A stretch of 58,165 bases of DNA, taken from IMG/VR virus record IMGVR_UViG_3300037470_000764, positions 1 to 58,165 of that record. One strand, 5' to 3'. Position 1 is the first letter of the stretch. Every line of letters starts with the position of its first letter. This stretch comes from a virus (Duplodnaviria > Caudoviricetes). Positions 1 through 10,795 of this stretch are shown piece after piece. A program made the translations under genes and the position numbers. The notes under the pieces are model-generated. The model searched no databases. It worked only from the letters and a program-made list of their open reading frames with translations, and was not told where the DNA came from.

Positions 1-100
1 TCCCGATATACTGAATCCAGTCCGACAGGCCAGGTGGCGCGCGCCACCGCTCAGGATCGGGCCCGCGCCGCCCGATCAATCTCGCCAGTCCGATCTTCAT
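1..100 (-). CDS. 5' part of a hypothetical (probably membrane) protein running off the left edge (MKIGLARLIGRRG...)
   Basis: ATG at 100 preceded by GGAG, open to position 1. Lies downstream of the late promoter/leader at 269-321. Confidence 0.5.
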   Translation of the reverse strand, partial: MKIGLARLIGRRGPDPERWRAPPGLSDWIQYIG

Positions 101-268
101 GTCTTGCTCCAAACCCGCCCCCGCGAGAAGGAAGTGCTCAACAGCTGTGGACACCTGGCAGAACCGGGCCCACGGCACAGGAAATGCCGCCGCCGTCCGT
201 CGCCGCGATCGTGTCGTCGATATGTCGGGGTATTGCCACGCGCATGGACGGCTCCTGATGGAAGGGCC

Positions 269-321
269 GCGCTCCTGCGCTGTGCGATTCGGAAATTACC
301 ACAGGCCCGGTGAGGGCTCAA
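269..321 (-). promoter_or_regulatory. Putative late promoter with GCGCAGGAGCGC leader hairpin (probably heads the lysis operon)
   Basis: TTGAGC (321-316)-N17-TAATTT (298-293), then CCGAATCG and GCGCAGGAGCGC (280-269) on the minus strand. Confidence 0.6.
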
Positions 322-368
322 GGAACCGATATATATTTGATAAATAGAGGCTATTTAGCCGCTGCGAA

Positions 369-3300
369 TCAGTTGGCCGGCATGATCTCGCGTATCGTGG
401 CGCGTTCCCGTGCGGATTTGCCCGGTCCGCGGATATCTTTCATCCTCGAGCGCCCCAGCTTCTCACGGGTAACGTGCTGTTTCAGGGTGGCGTTGCTGAT
501 ATTGACCCGGAGATAGGCCGGTTTTTCGGCATTCCAGGCCTTGATCTCGTCGATGATTTCCTTGCGTTCCTCAGCGTCTCCCCCGGCGATCGCCATGGCG
601 AGGCGCTTGTAGTAATGCGATTGCAGCTCGCGCGCGGCAAAATCGGCGCGGGTCATCATCCAGTCCTGCTCCATGCGCCGCGCCAGGCGGGTGGACTGGA
701 ACCCGAAAGCCCTGAGGGCGACGTCGGATTCGTGCAAATCGTCGGGGTGCATGATCAGGCTCCGGTTGCGCGACCGCAGGCCTTCCGACTTCATCGCGGC
801 GGCTTTCGCCACATTTGCCCCGCCGGCGGATAGTGCAAAGCGCGAAAGCTCGGCAAGGCCCGTGCCCCAATCGCCGCCGATCATGTGATCGAGAGCCCTG
901 AGACCCGTCGCAAACGTAGAACCCGGGATACCGAGCATATCGAGGAGTTGGGAGGCATTCGCCATGCGCGAGAAACTCGGCCGCGGCGGCTCGGCCGGCA
1001 GTATCTGCCCCATGCCGACGCGTCGCGACATATCCACCCCGGACTGGCGCAGCGCACCGCGCCGGATCGACTCGGCGATCCACGGACCTTGTTCCTCGCC
1101 GAGGAGATCGACCACGGCGGCCTGGATTTCCTTTTCAAGGTCGAGGTCGTGGCGCGCCAGCGCCGCGTGTAGCAGCTCGTACCAGTCCTTGAGGTCGTCA
1201 CCGCCTGGAAGCCCGAAGATGCCGCCGGCGAGGAACAGCATCGTCATGTTCATGGCGAAGGCCTTCTTGCCCTCCGGCCCGTACATCGTCGCCATGCGGT
1301 ACTGCACCTGCAGCGCGTTCGCCATGAAAGACTTGAACTGGTTGATCACCACCCAGCCTCCCCGAAGCGCCGAGGAGCGGTTGCCTTTTCCCATCAGGAA
1401 ATGGGTTTCCCAGATAACGAAGCGCGCGAGGTCGATCGGCCGGTGCTTCCCCTGCGCGTCGGCCATGTTGCGCCAGATATTGGATGTGGCGAAGGCCTTC
1501 TCGGCCCGGGCCATCACTTTCGGATCCGCGCCGAGCTCCAGAACGGCAATCGCGGTCGAGAGCCGGTTGAAGCGCTCCGCCGAGGTGAACATCGTGCCGG
1601 CGGCTTCCATGATCCGTTGCTGCGTCTTGCCGAGACCGCGCAGGAACCTCTTCCGGCCCTGGGCGATGCCCATGGTCTCGAGTGTCACCATCGGCACCAG
1701 CGTGCCTTCGCGCATCAGTGCGTCGATGTCGGCCTGGAGACGCTTCGGCGCTTTTGTGACATCGAAATTCAGGAACTCGGCCCGGCCCTGCGGCCGGAAC
1801 ATGGCCGCGGTCAGCACCCCCGCCTTGCTCAGCACGCCGGCGGCGCGAACCGGGTTTGTCACCATCGTGAGGAAGGGCAGGGTAAAGACCGGCACCTGCG
1901 TCAGGTTGAGGGCAGCGGACGAGACGTTGCCGGCCAGATAGGCAAAGAACATCGCGCCGCGCCACTGGCCGTACTCTTCCTGCGGATTGAAGATGTAGTT
2001 TTTGTATTCCCGGGCGTATTTCCGGAGCATGGGCTTGTCGGTCGCGATGGCGCCGACGGCCTGGTCGATCGGGCCCATGGCGCGGCGTCGCGCGAGATAG
2101 CCGGAAATCCCGACGATGTAGTCGGAGATCGAGCGCGTGAAATCCTGCTCATAGCCGGGGGTGTTGCGGCTTTCGATGAAATGCGATCGGAAACCCTCCG
2201 CGGTCCATGTCGCGCGCACGGCCTGATCATAGCTGTCGATCGTCTCCTGGTCCGCGCCGCCGCGCCGCGCCATGTCGTCCAGCACCGCGAAGTCGATGTC
2301 CTGTATTGAGCTTGTGTCGACCGGCGGCCGGAACTGCGTCTTCTGGACGATGAAGCCTTCGGCGCGCGGGAACTGAGCCTCCAGCCGCTTGCGCAGCGCC
2401 GCCACCTTTTCCCGGTCGCCGATGCCCTTCTCGACCTTGCCAAACCACGCCACGCCGCCCTCGCGCGTCACGGTGATGGAATAATCCCCGTAGCGCGAGA
2501 ACGGCACATAGCCGGCCCGGCGGGCCTTTTCGATCACTTCCACCAGGTCGGCGGCGTTTTCCAGGGCGCCGCGCTCGCTTCGGCTCAGCTCCTCGTTTTC
2601 CGTTTGGGCGAAGTCACGGATGCCTTGCGCCGAGCGGGGGTCGCCGGGCTTGCCGAGCCCGGCCTCGACCAGCACCTGTTGCTTGAACATCAGCAGCGCC
2701 CGATCGAACATGGCGCGCGCCGCCAGATAGCCCTGCCTCTCCGCATCGGTGAGTGTGATGCTCTCGCCCGGCTTGAGCATCGAATATCCGTGCTTGCTGT
2801 CATTTTTGACGGTGATGGTTTCGTCGGCCGCGTAATCCGTACCTTCCAGCCGTCCGATCTCCAGCACCTTGTTGACGTTCTCGCGCTGCTTTTCCGACAG
2901 GGCCATATAGGGTTCGAGCACCGCGCCCAGCATCACCTGTCCCTCGTTGCGAAGCCGCCCGAATTCCGTTGCCCAATGGAAGACCTCGGCAAACTGGTGA
3001 TCCTTCGTGGCGATCTGGTAGGGGTGCAGAAAGGCCCGATGATAGTTCCGGTAATCGCCCGGATCGGGCAGCTTCGGGGCCTTGCGCAGGCCGGCGATCG
3101 CGGCGCGCAGGTTCTTGGGCGCGACAGTCTCCTTGTCCTTGCGCGGCCGGCGCGGCCGCCCCGGCTCGCGCGGCTCGACGATCAGGCTCTCCAGAAGGGC
3201 GGCGTCCTCTTCCTGGGCGCGCGCCTCGGCCAGTTCGGCGATCTTGCGCGTCAGGCGCCGGTGCGAATCCTTGACGGCCTTGGCGAGGTTCGACGGCGTG

Positions 3301-6300
3301 GCGCGGCCTTGCAGTGTCAGGCCCATGAACTCGGCCATCGCCTTGACCCGCGCCGCGCCGTCCTCCGCGCCCTCGATGTTGCCGGACAACGCGGCCCTGT
3401 CGTCCGGGGCGCTGTGGCGCACAAAATCCGATACCGTCGTGCGGGCCCAGGACTCGATCTCGGTCAGCAGCTCGTTCATATACGCATCGAGCGCGTCGGT
3501 GCGTTCGGCGGCATTCGGGATTGAAAATTTCTCGACGATCGCAACGTCGGCTTCATCGAAGACGACATAGTTGAAGGTGCCGTCGCCGTCGCCGCGCGAG
3601 CCGGCATCGAGATACTTCACGCCGGGAATGCCGAGCGATTTCAGGTAGAGGCTGCCGGCCTTCCGGTCCTCTCCATTTGCCAGCGCTGCGTCGAGCGAAT
3701 CCGTAGCAGGATACGCATCGTCATAGGCCATACGGTGGAGCACTTTTCCGACGATTTCGGCGCCTGTCCACTCATCAAAATCGGCGTTCAGTTGTTCCTC
3801 GTAAGTGTCGAGGGTGTCGCTGGCCTCGAGTTGCGACCGCAAGGATTGGAGGGCATCCTTCACCTTCCTGCTCTGCGCCGAAACCGACTTGTCCCAGAGC
3901 AGCCATTCATCCTCGCTCGGCGTCAGGTCAACCTTGAACAGACGTCCGGGCTTGGACAGCTGCACCCGGTCTGCAAGTGTTTCCGCGATTTCGGCCTGAA
4001 CTTCAAACTCGCTTTTTATGTCACTATTGCGGGAGTCGCGTGCGAGCTCACGCTTTTCCCAAGCGTAGTGACGAAGGAGAGCGGGGGGATCGACCGCTTT
4101 TTGGCTGTACAGTTTGAGGTTGGCATCGGTCTGAACTTCTGCGGCGACCCGCCCAAGCGCTGCCCAGCCAATGGAAGCTGCAGCGGGATGTGTGAGACCA
4201 AGGCTGGCAGCAACTTCTCTGTTGCGCGCGGCCTTCGCCGCATCGAACGGTCCACCGAATGCTTCAAACCTGATTCCATCCAGCGTCAGATGCTCCCTCC
4301 CCGCCAACATCTGACGGTAATGCTCGGCCACCTCCTTCTTGCCAGCAAAATAAAGCCCCCAGCCATAGGTCTGGGCGCCTTCACCCGAACCGATCGCCTC
4401 CGTCGTGAAGGCGTCAAAATCGTGGGGCGTGCCGTGGTAGGCGGCCGCGAGTTTTGCCGAAAGAGAGGGCACACCGACGTCCCCGCGGCGCGCGCCGACA
4501 AGGCCCCGATTGATCGCTCGAAACACATCTTCAGCGCTGCGGAACGACGCGCCGGTCAGCGCCCGGCCCAGCGCCCGGAAAAACTCGGCGATCCGTTCGA
4601 AGATGCTTCGCCCGCGGACATCGTCCTGAAATCCGTCATTGGCCCAATCGGCGAACATGTCCGCCACGGCCTCCTCAACCATCTCCTCCTCGGTGAGCCC
4701 CTGCTTTGCGTATCTCTTCCTGATGTCCTCCATCCGGGCCTTGTCGGCCCGCGCCGCCCGCGATAGCGTTTCCCATTCCTGTTTCCGGATGAGGCCCATA
4801 TCCCTGAGGGCGTGCACGATTTCGTGATCGAGGACCCAGCCGCGCGATTCGGCGTTTAGCGCTATCTCGATCAGGCCGCGGACATAGCGTCCCTTCGCAC
4901 CGGTGGCGCGCCCATCGGCCAGCGAGCGAATATCCTCGACCAGGCGCAGGCGCACGCGATCCGAGAGGTTGACCGCGCGAAGGCGGGCCGCGAGGTTCTC
5001 GATCGACATTCCATCCTTGAAGGTGTCCTGCCACTGGACTAGATTGATCCCGCCGGAAGCGCTTTTGGCTGCAGGACGTGGCGAAGCTGCCAGCTTCGCA
5101 GACCCTCCGGGACCCTCGACCCCCGGGCTTCCGGTCCCCATCCATGTCGAGAAGTCATATTGCCAGGTTCCGCCGGGATACCGGTGGATCGAAACGGCGA
5201 GGGTCATTCGGTCGCCGGCGATGTCCACAGGCGCGGCGATGACGATATGATCGAGCTGTTCGGTGCGGTTCCCCGGCTCCTGCTGGACGACCTCGCCCTG
5301 CTCGATGATGGCGCGGATCGCCGGCACGGCTTGGAGCAGGCGATGTCCCTTGCCGCTGGTCGACTTGTTCCGGCCGCCCCGGCTGAACGACACTTCGAGC
5401 CCGTCCCTGGTCGCAACGGATTGGCCGCGCAAATTATCGTCGAACCATTGCTGAGCCGCGCGCCGGAGGGACGGCATGGACTCAGGACCGGCATAGGTGA
5501 AGCCTATCTCCTCGCCGGTGAGCGTGATGACGGGTTCGCCGCCCATCGCAAACATCTCGACGCCCTGTTGGGTCTCGCGCGTTTCGATGGTGGCAAACAG
5601 CTTGTCGAAGGATTCCTTGATGCCGTCGCTGAGCATCTCCTCGGCGGTCGGATAGGCACCTCCTTCTGTGTCGATATTGACGAGATAGTCGTTTGTCGCG
5701 CCTTGGGCGTCGAGCCTGTCGACGATGTAGCGTTCGAAGGCGCGCGCCGCCTTCTCGATGATCTTGCCGAAATAGGGTTTGGAGCGGGCCGCATCGAAGG
5801 CGACGGAACGCTTCGAGAATTTGCCTTGCGCGATCGCCGCGCGCACCGCTCTCCACGCCTCGAAAACCTCCGGGCGCATCTGCTGTTCCCGCACGGCGGT
5901 GGTGCCTTGCGTGATGTAGTCGTCGATGGCCCCCTCGGCGCCTACATTCTGCCGCGCAAAATAATTGTCGGCGGCATGTAGCCACTCATGGGCAAGCGAG
6001 CCGGGGCCGGCGTTCTTGGTGAGGTTGATGACAATCTCGCCTGGTTCGAAGTGCGCCGCCGCGCGCCCTCCCTTGCCGCGCGCGCCGAAGGCGAGACCGA
6101 GCGAGCCGTTGAGCGAAATCGCCCGGCTCGGAATGCCAAGCACGAGTGAAAGGTCCATCAGCGCGTCAAAGGCCTCGTTGAGATCGGCCTGCCGCCGGCC
6201 GCCCTCGACATAATTGCCGAACTGCACCCCGCGAAATCCGAAGGCTTCGGTGAACTGCTCGGGGCTGACATCGCCTTCGCGCATGTCCTCGCCGACACGC

Positions 6301-9300
6301 ACGCGGTTTGCGGCGCGGCGCATGGTGGGGCCTCGCCGGATCCCCGCGATCTGCTCGCGTAGTTCAGCGTCGTTGAAGCTGCCCCATGCGCGGGCATCCA
6401 GGGAGGTCGTGAAGCCGGTCTTCAACCGGATGACGCCTGTGCGGCCCTTGAAGCCGAGAAAGAAGGTCTCGTCGCCCAGGTCGCGATAGACCGAGATTTT
6501 AACACCCGATGCCGATGTTTTCGGCTTCGCTGCATAGGCGCGGTAGCCCGCCGTGATCGCGTTGACGGCGCCACCCATAATGTCATCGAGCGTCGGTCCG
6601 TCAACGGAATCCATGCGGCCCTTCGGGCTGTCGACATAATACCGCTTTACCGGCTTGTCGAAGCGCTGCCCGGCAAAGAGCGAGAAGGTCCCGGAGCGGA
6701 CGCGCCAGCGCGCGGCATAGGGCAGCATCGCCGGCTCCAGCTTCGCAAGGACAGTGCCTGTGTCGATGATGAAGGTCAGGTCCGGCGAGCTCTTGCGGAT
6801 GGCCGCCGCCACCTCCGCCGGCGCGATTTCGCCGGACAGCATGTCGAGCGCGAAGCCGCGAAGCACTTTGACCTTCTCCACCCAGCGTGTGAGTTTCCAG
6901 CCCTTGCGCGGCTTCGGGGGAATTTCATCGCGCATCACCGCCACATAGGCGAGCGCCTCCATGGAGACACCTTCGCCCGCCAGCTTCACATAGTCCGGCT
7001 GCGGAAAAACCTTGCTGAGCGGCTCGGCTGCGATGTCGACATCGGCGCCGAGTGCATCGGCAAGCCGGCGCGACATGTCCTTGCGGGCGCCCTCGATCTT
7101 TTCGCCGAAGTCGGCGATTTTGGCGGTCGGGGGCGCTGCGGCTTCGGATCTGGCGGGAGGTGACTTTTTCTTTTCGGGATTGACGGGGGGTGCATCCGCT
7201 TCCCGCTTCGGGACGGCCGTCTCGTCTTTCTGGGCCTTCCGGTACTGACCCACATGAAACCCGACCGCCTGTGCGCCGCGCTCAAAGGCGTTGCGGCGCG
7301 CGCCCTTGTCGTGCCGCACGTCATAAGGAGGTGCGTCGGTCCCTTCGATTTCGGCGACACGGTTGTCGAAGCCGGCAAGAAACGCCTCCCGCTCCGCCGG
7401 TGTCAGCGGGGACCCGCTCCTGCGGCGGGAGCCATCCGCCGATGACTCGCGTTTCGATCGCAGATAGTCGGCAAGACCGTCGTCGGCGGCGGCCGTGATT
7501 TCGTCTATTTCGGCTCCGGTTTCTTCGGCTTCATCTCCCCTATCTTCCGCAGGTTCGCCGCGTGCCGCTTCAACTTCCGGCGCTGCGGTTCCTTCAGGCG
7601 TGGCTGTCTCTCGGCCCGCTTCTTCAGCGACCGCGCCAGCGCCACCCTCTTCGCCTGAGTCAAACGGGACTTGCCATTCATCGCGTACTCCCTGGTTGGC
7701 GGCGTCTGCCGCTGCATCGGCTTCGGCTTCGATCGCGGCCCGTTCCGCCGCGATAACCACGGCTTCCTCCGGGTCGAGGCCCTTGCGTATCTCCGCCGCC
7801 GCCGCTTCAAGCGTCTCCTCCTCAAGCCACAGACCAAGACGATCGGCGGCCTCGCCCGCGGATTTCAGAGCTTCGGCTTCCGACATGGTTCCGGGTGGCG
7901 CCACTTCCTCGCCGAACAGTTTGACGGCCTCGATGCCGTCCCGCGCACCGGCCGGAATCGGGCGGCCGAACAGTATGGGCGTATCCCTGGTCCACGCCTC
8001 GGGGCGGCCCTCATAGATGCGCCCGTCTGGCTGTATGTGGCCCACGACCTTGCCCGCCGCGTCCGTCACCAGCGGCGTGGGGTAGCCCTCGGCTGAAAGG
8101 TTTTCCAGGTCGGTAAAGCTGGAGCGCGCCTCGGCAGCACCCACCATTTCGGTGTAGCGGCTCAGCGCCTCTTCCATGGACGGGACTTCGATGCGCTGCG
8201 AGCCGAGCTCGACAAAGAGGCCGGCGTCCGAAGGTACCCCAAGGTCCCTTGAGGTACCTTTCAGGGCGCCGCCTGCAGGTTTTGTCGTCTCACCGTCTTT
8301 CAGCCAGGCCTTGAATTCTTCAACGGACATCGGGCGCATGTCGCCCATCCGCTCCGCGCCCCGGCCGTCGCTGAACGCGGCTTCGTAGGTCGCCAGTGCC
8401 GTGGCTTGGTCCGGAAACCCGAGCATGGCTTTGTGCTCGTCGAACGCCTTGCTCTCGGCGTCGACCTGATCAATGACAAAGACGGTTTCGGCTGCGGGTT
8501 CCGGCCCGATATAGACGTCCATCTGCTCGCCATCGGCGCCGGTCGTCCGCTTCACATAGCCGTAATCCGCCGGCATGGTGACGGACCAGGGCGCGCCATC
8601 GGGATCCGTACCGCTGCGTTCCGAGCCCACCGGGTTTTCGATGGTGATGTCGAGACCCTGTACCCGGACATGGCCCTTTTTGTAGTTGCCGGCTTCTTTC
8701 TGCGCCTCGGTCGGCTCTGCGACCTGGGCTCGCGCCGGGTCGAGGTGTTCCGTGGTTGCTGCCTCGACCGGGGCGGTGCGGGTACCATCGCCGACCGGCG
8801 CGACCGCCGCCGCGTCCGCTGCTGGGGCGGCTTCGGGGCGTTCCATCGGAAGCGCATCTTCCGGATAAGTATCTAGGAATGTGGGCTCCGGTTGCTGAGC
8901 CGCGGCGACCACTTCGGCCTGCACGGCGCGCGCGCCGTCGGCCAGCGCCTGCCCGAGCGCGCCGGACGAAAGGGGTTGCACCTCTTCGATTTCGGGAAGC
9001 GGTTGGCGCTCCCGGGGGGCAACGGCGGTGTCGGGCCGGACCTCGGTGGCAAGGTCGACGGCTTCACCGGTCTCGATGGCGGGATCGGCGGCGGTCTCAC
9101 TGGTCGGGACGGCTTCGGGAGCGAGCGCCCGGATAGCTTCCTGCAGCATGGAGGCCTCGGTGAATTCGCTGTTCTCGATGCGCGCGGCCAGTTCCTTCAC
9201 GGCCTCGGCCTGGGCGGGTGTCATGCCGCCGCGCTTCACCTCCTCGGCCGTATTGACCGCGAGTTGCAGGATGCCGCTCTGGACGGCGGCGGCGCCCGGT

Positions 9301-10481
9301 GCGCCCAGCATTTCCAGCGCGACATCGGCGACGTCGAAATCCCCCGTCGCGACGGTTTGGGAGATCATTTCCTCCGCGCCTTCGGAGAGTGTTTGAACCG
9401 TCGGGCCAGCTACCTTTTGAATTGTGAGCCCCACCGTCGATGTCGGTTTAAGCTTCATCATGCCGACGGTCAACCGATCGAGCACCGCACCAACGGCGGC
9501 GTGAGTCAGACCCTTGGTCGCGGCTTCCTTGAGCATCGCGTTGCGCACCGCAGGATCCTGCAGCCAGGCCGCAACGGCATGCGGATCGGACGGGTTGCCG
9601 CCCGCCTTGGCAATTTCCTCGACCGCGTGTTCCTGGACCCAGAGACCGAATTCCAGCGCCACCGAGCCGACAAAACCGCCGCCGACCGCGCCCACGGCGG
9701 AGCCGGGGCCGGGAGCAACGGCAGAGCCGGCGAGACCGCCCACCACCATGCCGGCGATCGGCACTGACGAGGTGCCCATGGCCTGCGCCGCGAATTCGGT
9801 GAAAGCGACGGGATCGCCGATAAATTCGCCCGCGCCGGCGACAATAGTTTTGAACTGTCCCTTGGCGGATTTCAGATATTCGCCGTCGCCCCAGGCCTCC
9901 TGATAGGGCTCGGCAACCTCGCCGATGCGCTTCTGGATGCCCTGCATGGCGGGTGACGCGCGCGGCTTACGCGCCGCGCCTTCAGCTATTTGCTCGGCCA
10001 GGCTTTCCCAGTCACCGGTAATGCCACCCTTGGCCGCCGCCGTGCCGGTCGCAAGGCTTTGGACCGTCAAGTCTACACCCTCGGCAAAACCGGTTCCAAC
10101 AGCACCACTCAGGCGCCGCCGGAGATCTACCAGGTAGGGATGCTCGCCTATCTGTCTGCCGATGCCGACGACGCCGGGGCCTTTCGCGGCCGTTTCAAGG
10201 AGCGCCCGGCCCGCTTCTCCCAAAGCGCGTCCAACGCCCGAACGCTCGCCCCGAACCTCCTCGATCGCTTGCGAGCGGAGCGGCGCGGCGGCGTCCGCCT
10301 CGGCCTGGCTGTCAAACGAGCCGTCCCCGTTCTTGTTCATGGGGTGCGCCGTGTCGATCGGCGCCTGCTCGGCATCGAGAGGTATCCCACCAAAACGGCC
10401 TCTACGAGGCACGGAGGAGCTCGCCGGTGGCTGTGCCGCCGCCGGGGCAGTGTCGAGAGGGATGCCGCCGAAACGCGCCAT
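369..10481 (-). CDS. Giant polyvalent virion/ejected protein (InPase, LPD5/LPD1/LPD3-like, metallopeptidase, ADP-ribosyltransferase-like, PLxRFG-like, LPD38-like)
   Basis: 3370 aa from ATG 10481 (AGGA upstream). Motifs: GNYKKGHV...YGYVKRTTGADGEQMDVYIGP (InPase), IADFGEKIEGARKD, FRGVQFGNYV...SLAHEWLHAAD, VLDHEIVHAL...EEAVADMF (zincin), AYHGTPHDFDAF...GEGAQTYGWGLYFA (ART-like), GYVPFSRYGDY. Confidence 0.85.
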   Translation of the reverse strand: MARFGGIPLDTAPAAAQPPASSSVPRRGRFGGIPLDAEQAPIDTAHPMNKNGDGSFDSQAEADAAAPLRSQAIEEVRGERSGVGRALGEAGRALLETAAKGPGVVGIGRQIGEHPYLVDLRRRLSGAVGTGFAEGVDLTVQSLATGTAAAKGGITGDWESLAEQIAEGAARKPRASPAMQGIQKRIGEVAEPYQEAWGDGEYLKSAKGQFKTIVAGAGEFIGDPVAFTEFAAQAMGTSSVPIAGMVVGGLAGSAVAPGPGSAVGAVGGGFVGSVALEFGLWVQEHAVEEIAKAGGNPSDPHAVAAWLQDPAVRNAMLKEAATKGLTHAAVGAVLDRLTVGMMKLKPTSTVGLTIQKVAGPTVQTLSEGAEEMISQTVATGDFDVADVALEMLGAPGAAAVQSGILQLAVNTAEEVKRGGMTPAQAEAVKELAARIENSEFTEASMLQEAIRALAPEAVPTSETAADPAIETGEAVDLATEVRPDTAVAPRERQPLPEIEEVQPLSSGALGQALADGARAVQAEVVAAAQQPEPTFLDTYPEDALPMERPEAAPAADAAAVAPVGDGTRTAPVEAATTEHLDPARAQVAEPTEAQKEAGNYKKGHVRVQGLDITIENPVGSERSGTDPDGAPWSVTMPADYGYVKRTTGADGEQMDVYIGPEPAAETVFVIDQVDAESKAFDEHKAMLGFPDQATALATYEAAFSDGRGAERMGDMRPMSVEEFKAWLKDGETTKPAGGALKGTSRDLGVPSDAGLFVELGSQRIEVPSMEEALSRYTEMVGAAEARSSFTDLENLSAEGYPTPLVTDAAGKVVGHIQPDGRIYEGRPEAWTRDTPILFGRPIPAGARDGIEAVKLFGEEVAPPGTMSEAEALKSAGEAADRLGLWLEEETLEAAAAEIRKGLDPEEAVVIAAERAAIEAEADAAADAANQGVRDEWQVPFDSGEEGGAGAVAEEAGRETATPEGTAAPEVEAARGEPAEDRGDEAEETGAEIDEITAAADDGLADYLRSKRESSADGSRRRSGSPLTPAEREAFLAGFDNRVAEIEGTDAPPYDVRHDKGARRNAFERGAQAVGFHVGQYRKAQKDETAVPKREADAPPVNPEKKKSPPARSEAAAPPTAKIADFGEKIEGARKDMSRRLADALGADVDIAAEPLSKVFPQPDYVKLAGEGVSMEALAYVAVMRDEIPPKPRKGWKLTRWVEKVKVLRGFALDMLSGEIAPAEVAAAIRKSSPDLTFIIDTGTVLAKLEPAMLPYAARWRVRSGTFSLFAGQRFDKPVKRYYVDSPKGRMDSVDGPTLDDIMGGAVNAITAGYRAYAAKPKTSASGVKISVYRDLGDETFFLGFKGRTGVIRLKTGFTTSLDARAWGSFNDAELREQIAGIRRGPTMRRAANRVRVGEDMREGDVSPEQFTEAFGFRGVQFGNYVEGGRRQADLNEAFDALMDLSLVLGIPSRAISLNGSLGLAFGARGKGGRAAAHFEPGEIVINLTKNAGPGSLAHEWLHAADNYFARQNVGAEGAIDDYITQGTTAVREQQMRPEVFEAWRAVRAAIAQGKFSKRSVAFDAARSKPYFGKIIEKAARAFERYIVDRLDAQGATNDYLVNIDTEGGAYPTAEEMLSDGIKESFDKLFATIETRETQQGVEMFAMGGEPVITLTGEEIGFTYAGPESMPSLRRAAQQWFDDNLRGQSVATRDGLEVSFSRGGRNKSTSGKGHRLLQAVPAIRAIIEQGEVVQQEPGNRTEQLDHIVIAAPVDIAGDRMTLAVSIHRYPGGTWQYDFSTWMGTGSPGVEGPGGSAKLAASPRPAAKSASGGINLVQWQDTFKDGMSIENLAARLRAVNLSDRVRLRLVEDIRSLADGRATGAKGRYVRGLIEIALNAESRGWVLDHEIVHALRDMGLIRKQEWETLSRAARADKARMEDIRKRYAKQGLTEEEMVEEAVADMFADWANDGFQDDVRGRSIFERIAEFFRALGRALTGASFRSAEDVFRAINRGLVGARRGDVGVPSLSAKLAAAYHGTPHDFDAFTTEAIGSGEGAQTYGWGLYFAGKKEVAEHYRQMLAGREHLTLDGIRFEAFGGPFDAAKAARNREVAASLGLTHPAAASIGWAALGRVAAEVQTDANLKLYSQKAVDPPALLRHYAWEKRELARDSRNSDIKSEFEVQAEIAETLADRVQLSKPGRLFKVDLTPSEDEWLLWDKSVSAQSRKVKDALQSLRSQLEASDTLDTYEEQLNADFDEWTGAEIVGKVLHRMAYDDAYPATDSLDAALANGEDRKAGSLYLKSLGIPGVKYLDAGSRGDGDGTFNYVVFDEADVAIVEKFSIPNAAERTDALDAYMNELLTEIESWARTTVSDFVRHSAPDDRAALSGNIEGAEDGAARVKAMAEFMGLTLQGRATPSNLAKAVKDSHRRLTRKIAELAEARAQEEDAALLESLIVEPREPGRPRRPRKDKETVAPKNLRAAIAGLRKAPKLPDPGDYRNYHRAFLHPYQIATKDHQFAEVFHWATEFGRLRNEGQVMLGAVLEPYMALSEKQRENVNKVLEIGRLEGTDYAADETITVKNDSKHGYSMLKPGESITLTDAERQGYLAARAMFDRALLMFKQQVLVEAGLGKPGDPRSAQGIRDFAQTENEELSRSERGALENAADLVEVIEKARRAGYVPFSRYGDYSITVTREGGVAWFGKVEKGIGDREKVAALRKRLEAQFPRAEGFIVQKTQFRPPVDTSSIQDIDFAVLDDMARRGGADQETIDSYDQAVRATWTAEGFRSHFIESRNTPGYEQDFTRSISDYIVGISGYLARRRAMGPIDQAVGAIATDKPMLRKYAREYKNYIFNPQEEYGQWRGAMFFAYLAGNVSSAALNLTQVPVFTLPFLTMVTNPVRAAGVLSKAGVLTAAMFRPQGRAEFLNFDVTKAPKRLQADIDALMREGTLVPMVTLETMGIAQGRKRFLRGLGKTQQRIMEAAGTMFTSAERFNRLSTAIAVLELGADPKVMARAEKAFATSNIWRNMADAQGKHRPIDLARFVIWETHFLMGKGNRSSALRGGWVVINQFKSFMANALQVQYRMATMYGPEGKKAFAMNMTMLFLAGGIFGLPGGDDLKDWYELLHAALARHDLDLEKEIQAAVVDLLGEEQGPWIAESIRRGALRQSGVDMSRRVGMGQILPAEPPRPSFSRMANASQLLDMLGIPGSTFATGLRALDHMIGGDWGTGLAELSRFALSAGGANVAKAAAMKSEGLRSRNRSLIMHPDDLHESDVALRAFGFQSTRLARRMEQDWMMTRADFAARELQSHYYKRLAMAIAGGDAEERKEIIDEIKAWNAEKPAYLRVNISNATLKQHVTREKLGRSRMKDIRGPGKSARERATIREIMPAN

Positions 10482-10497
10482 GAAGCCAATCCTGGGG

Positions 10498-10794
10498 TTA
10501 CTTGCGCCGTTTGGCCCTGAAATCGGAGAAACCGCCGCCAAGGCTTTCGATCATGTGGGTCTGCGGCCCGGGCCTTGCGCCACCCGGCTTGCCGCCGCCA
10601 TGCGGCTGCTGCTTCGGCCGGTTTGCCATCGCCTCGGCGAGCGCCGGCGGCATGTTGGGCCCCAGCGCCTTTGTCAGCATGTGACCCTTTTTCGCCGGCC
10701 GTTGCGGCCGCTGTGCGCCGAGCCGCTCCATCATCTGGCCGGGAGCCCCCATCACGCCGGTTGTGAACCTTTGTCCGCCCATTTTGCTTGCCAT
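10498..10794 (-). CDS. Small hypothetical protein in the ejection-protein cluster
   Basis: 98-aa ORF tightly packed between co-oriented genes, M/G/P/K-rich. Confidence 0.6.
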   Translation of the reverse strand: MASKMGGQRFTTGVMGAPGQMMERLGAQRPQRPAKKGHMLTKALGPNMPPALAEAMANRPKQQPHGGGKPGGARPGPQTHMIESLGGGFSDFRAKRRK

Positions 10795-10795
10795 G

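Noticed and set aside
138-245. 35-aa minus-strand ORF MRVAIPRHIDD... after the leader hairpin
   Set aside because: It has an AGGAG RBS and may be a real leader peptide, but it is too short and featureless to call.
369-10541. Giant ORF as an N4-like virion RNA polymerase or DarB helicase-methylase
   Set aside because: No RNAP, SF2 helicase or NPPY/F motifs recognised. The motifs fit polyvalent-protein domains, and the TTG start at 10541 overlaps the upstream gene.
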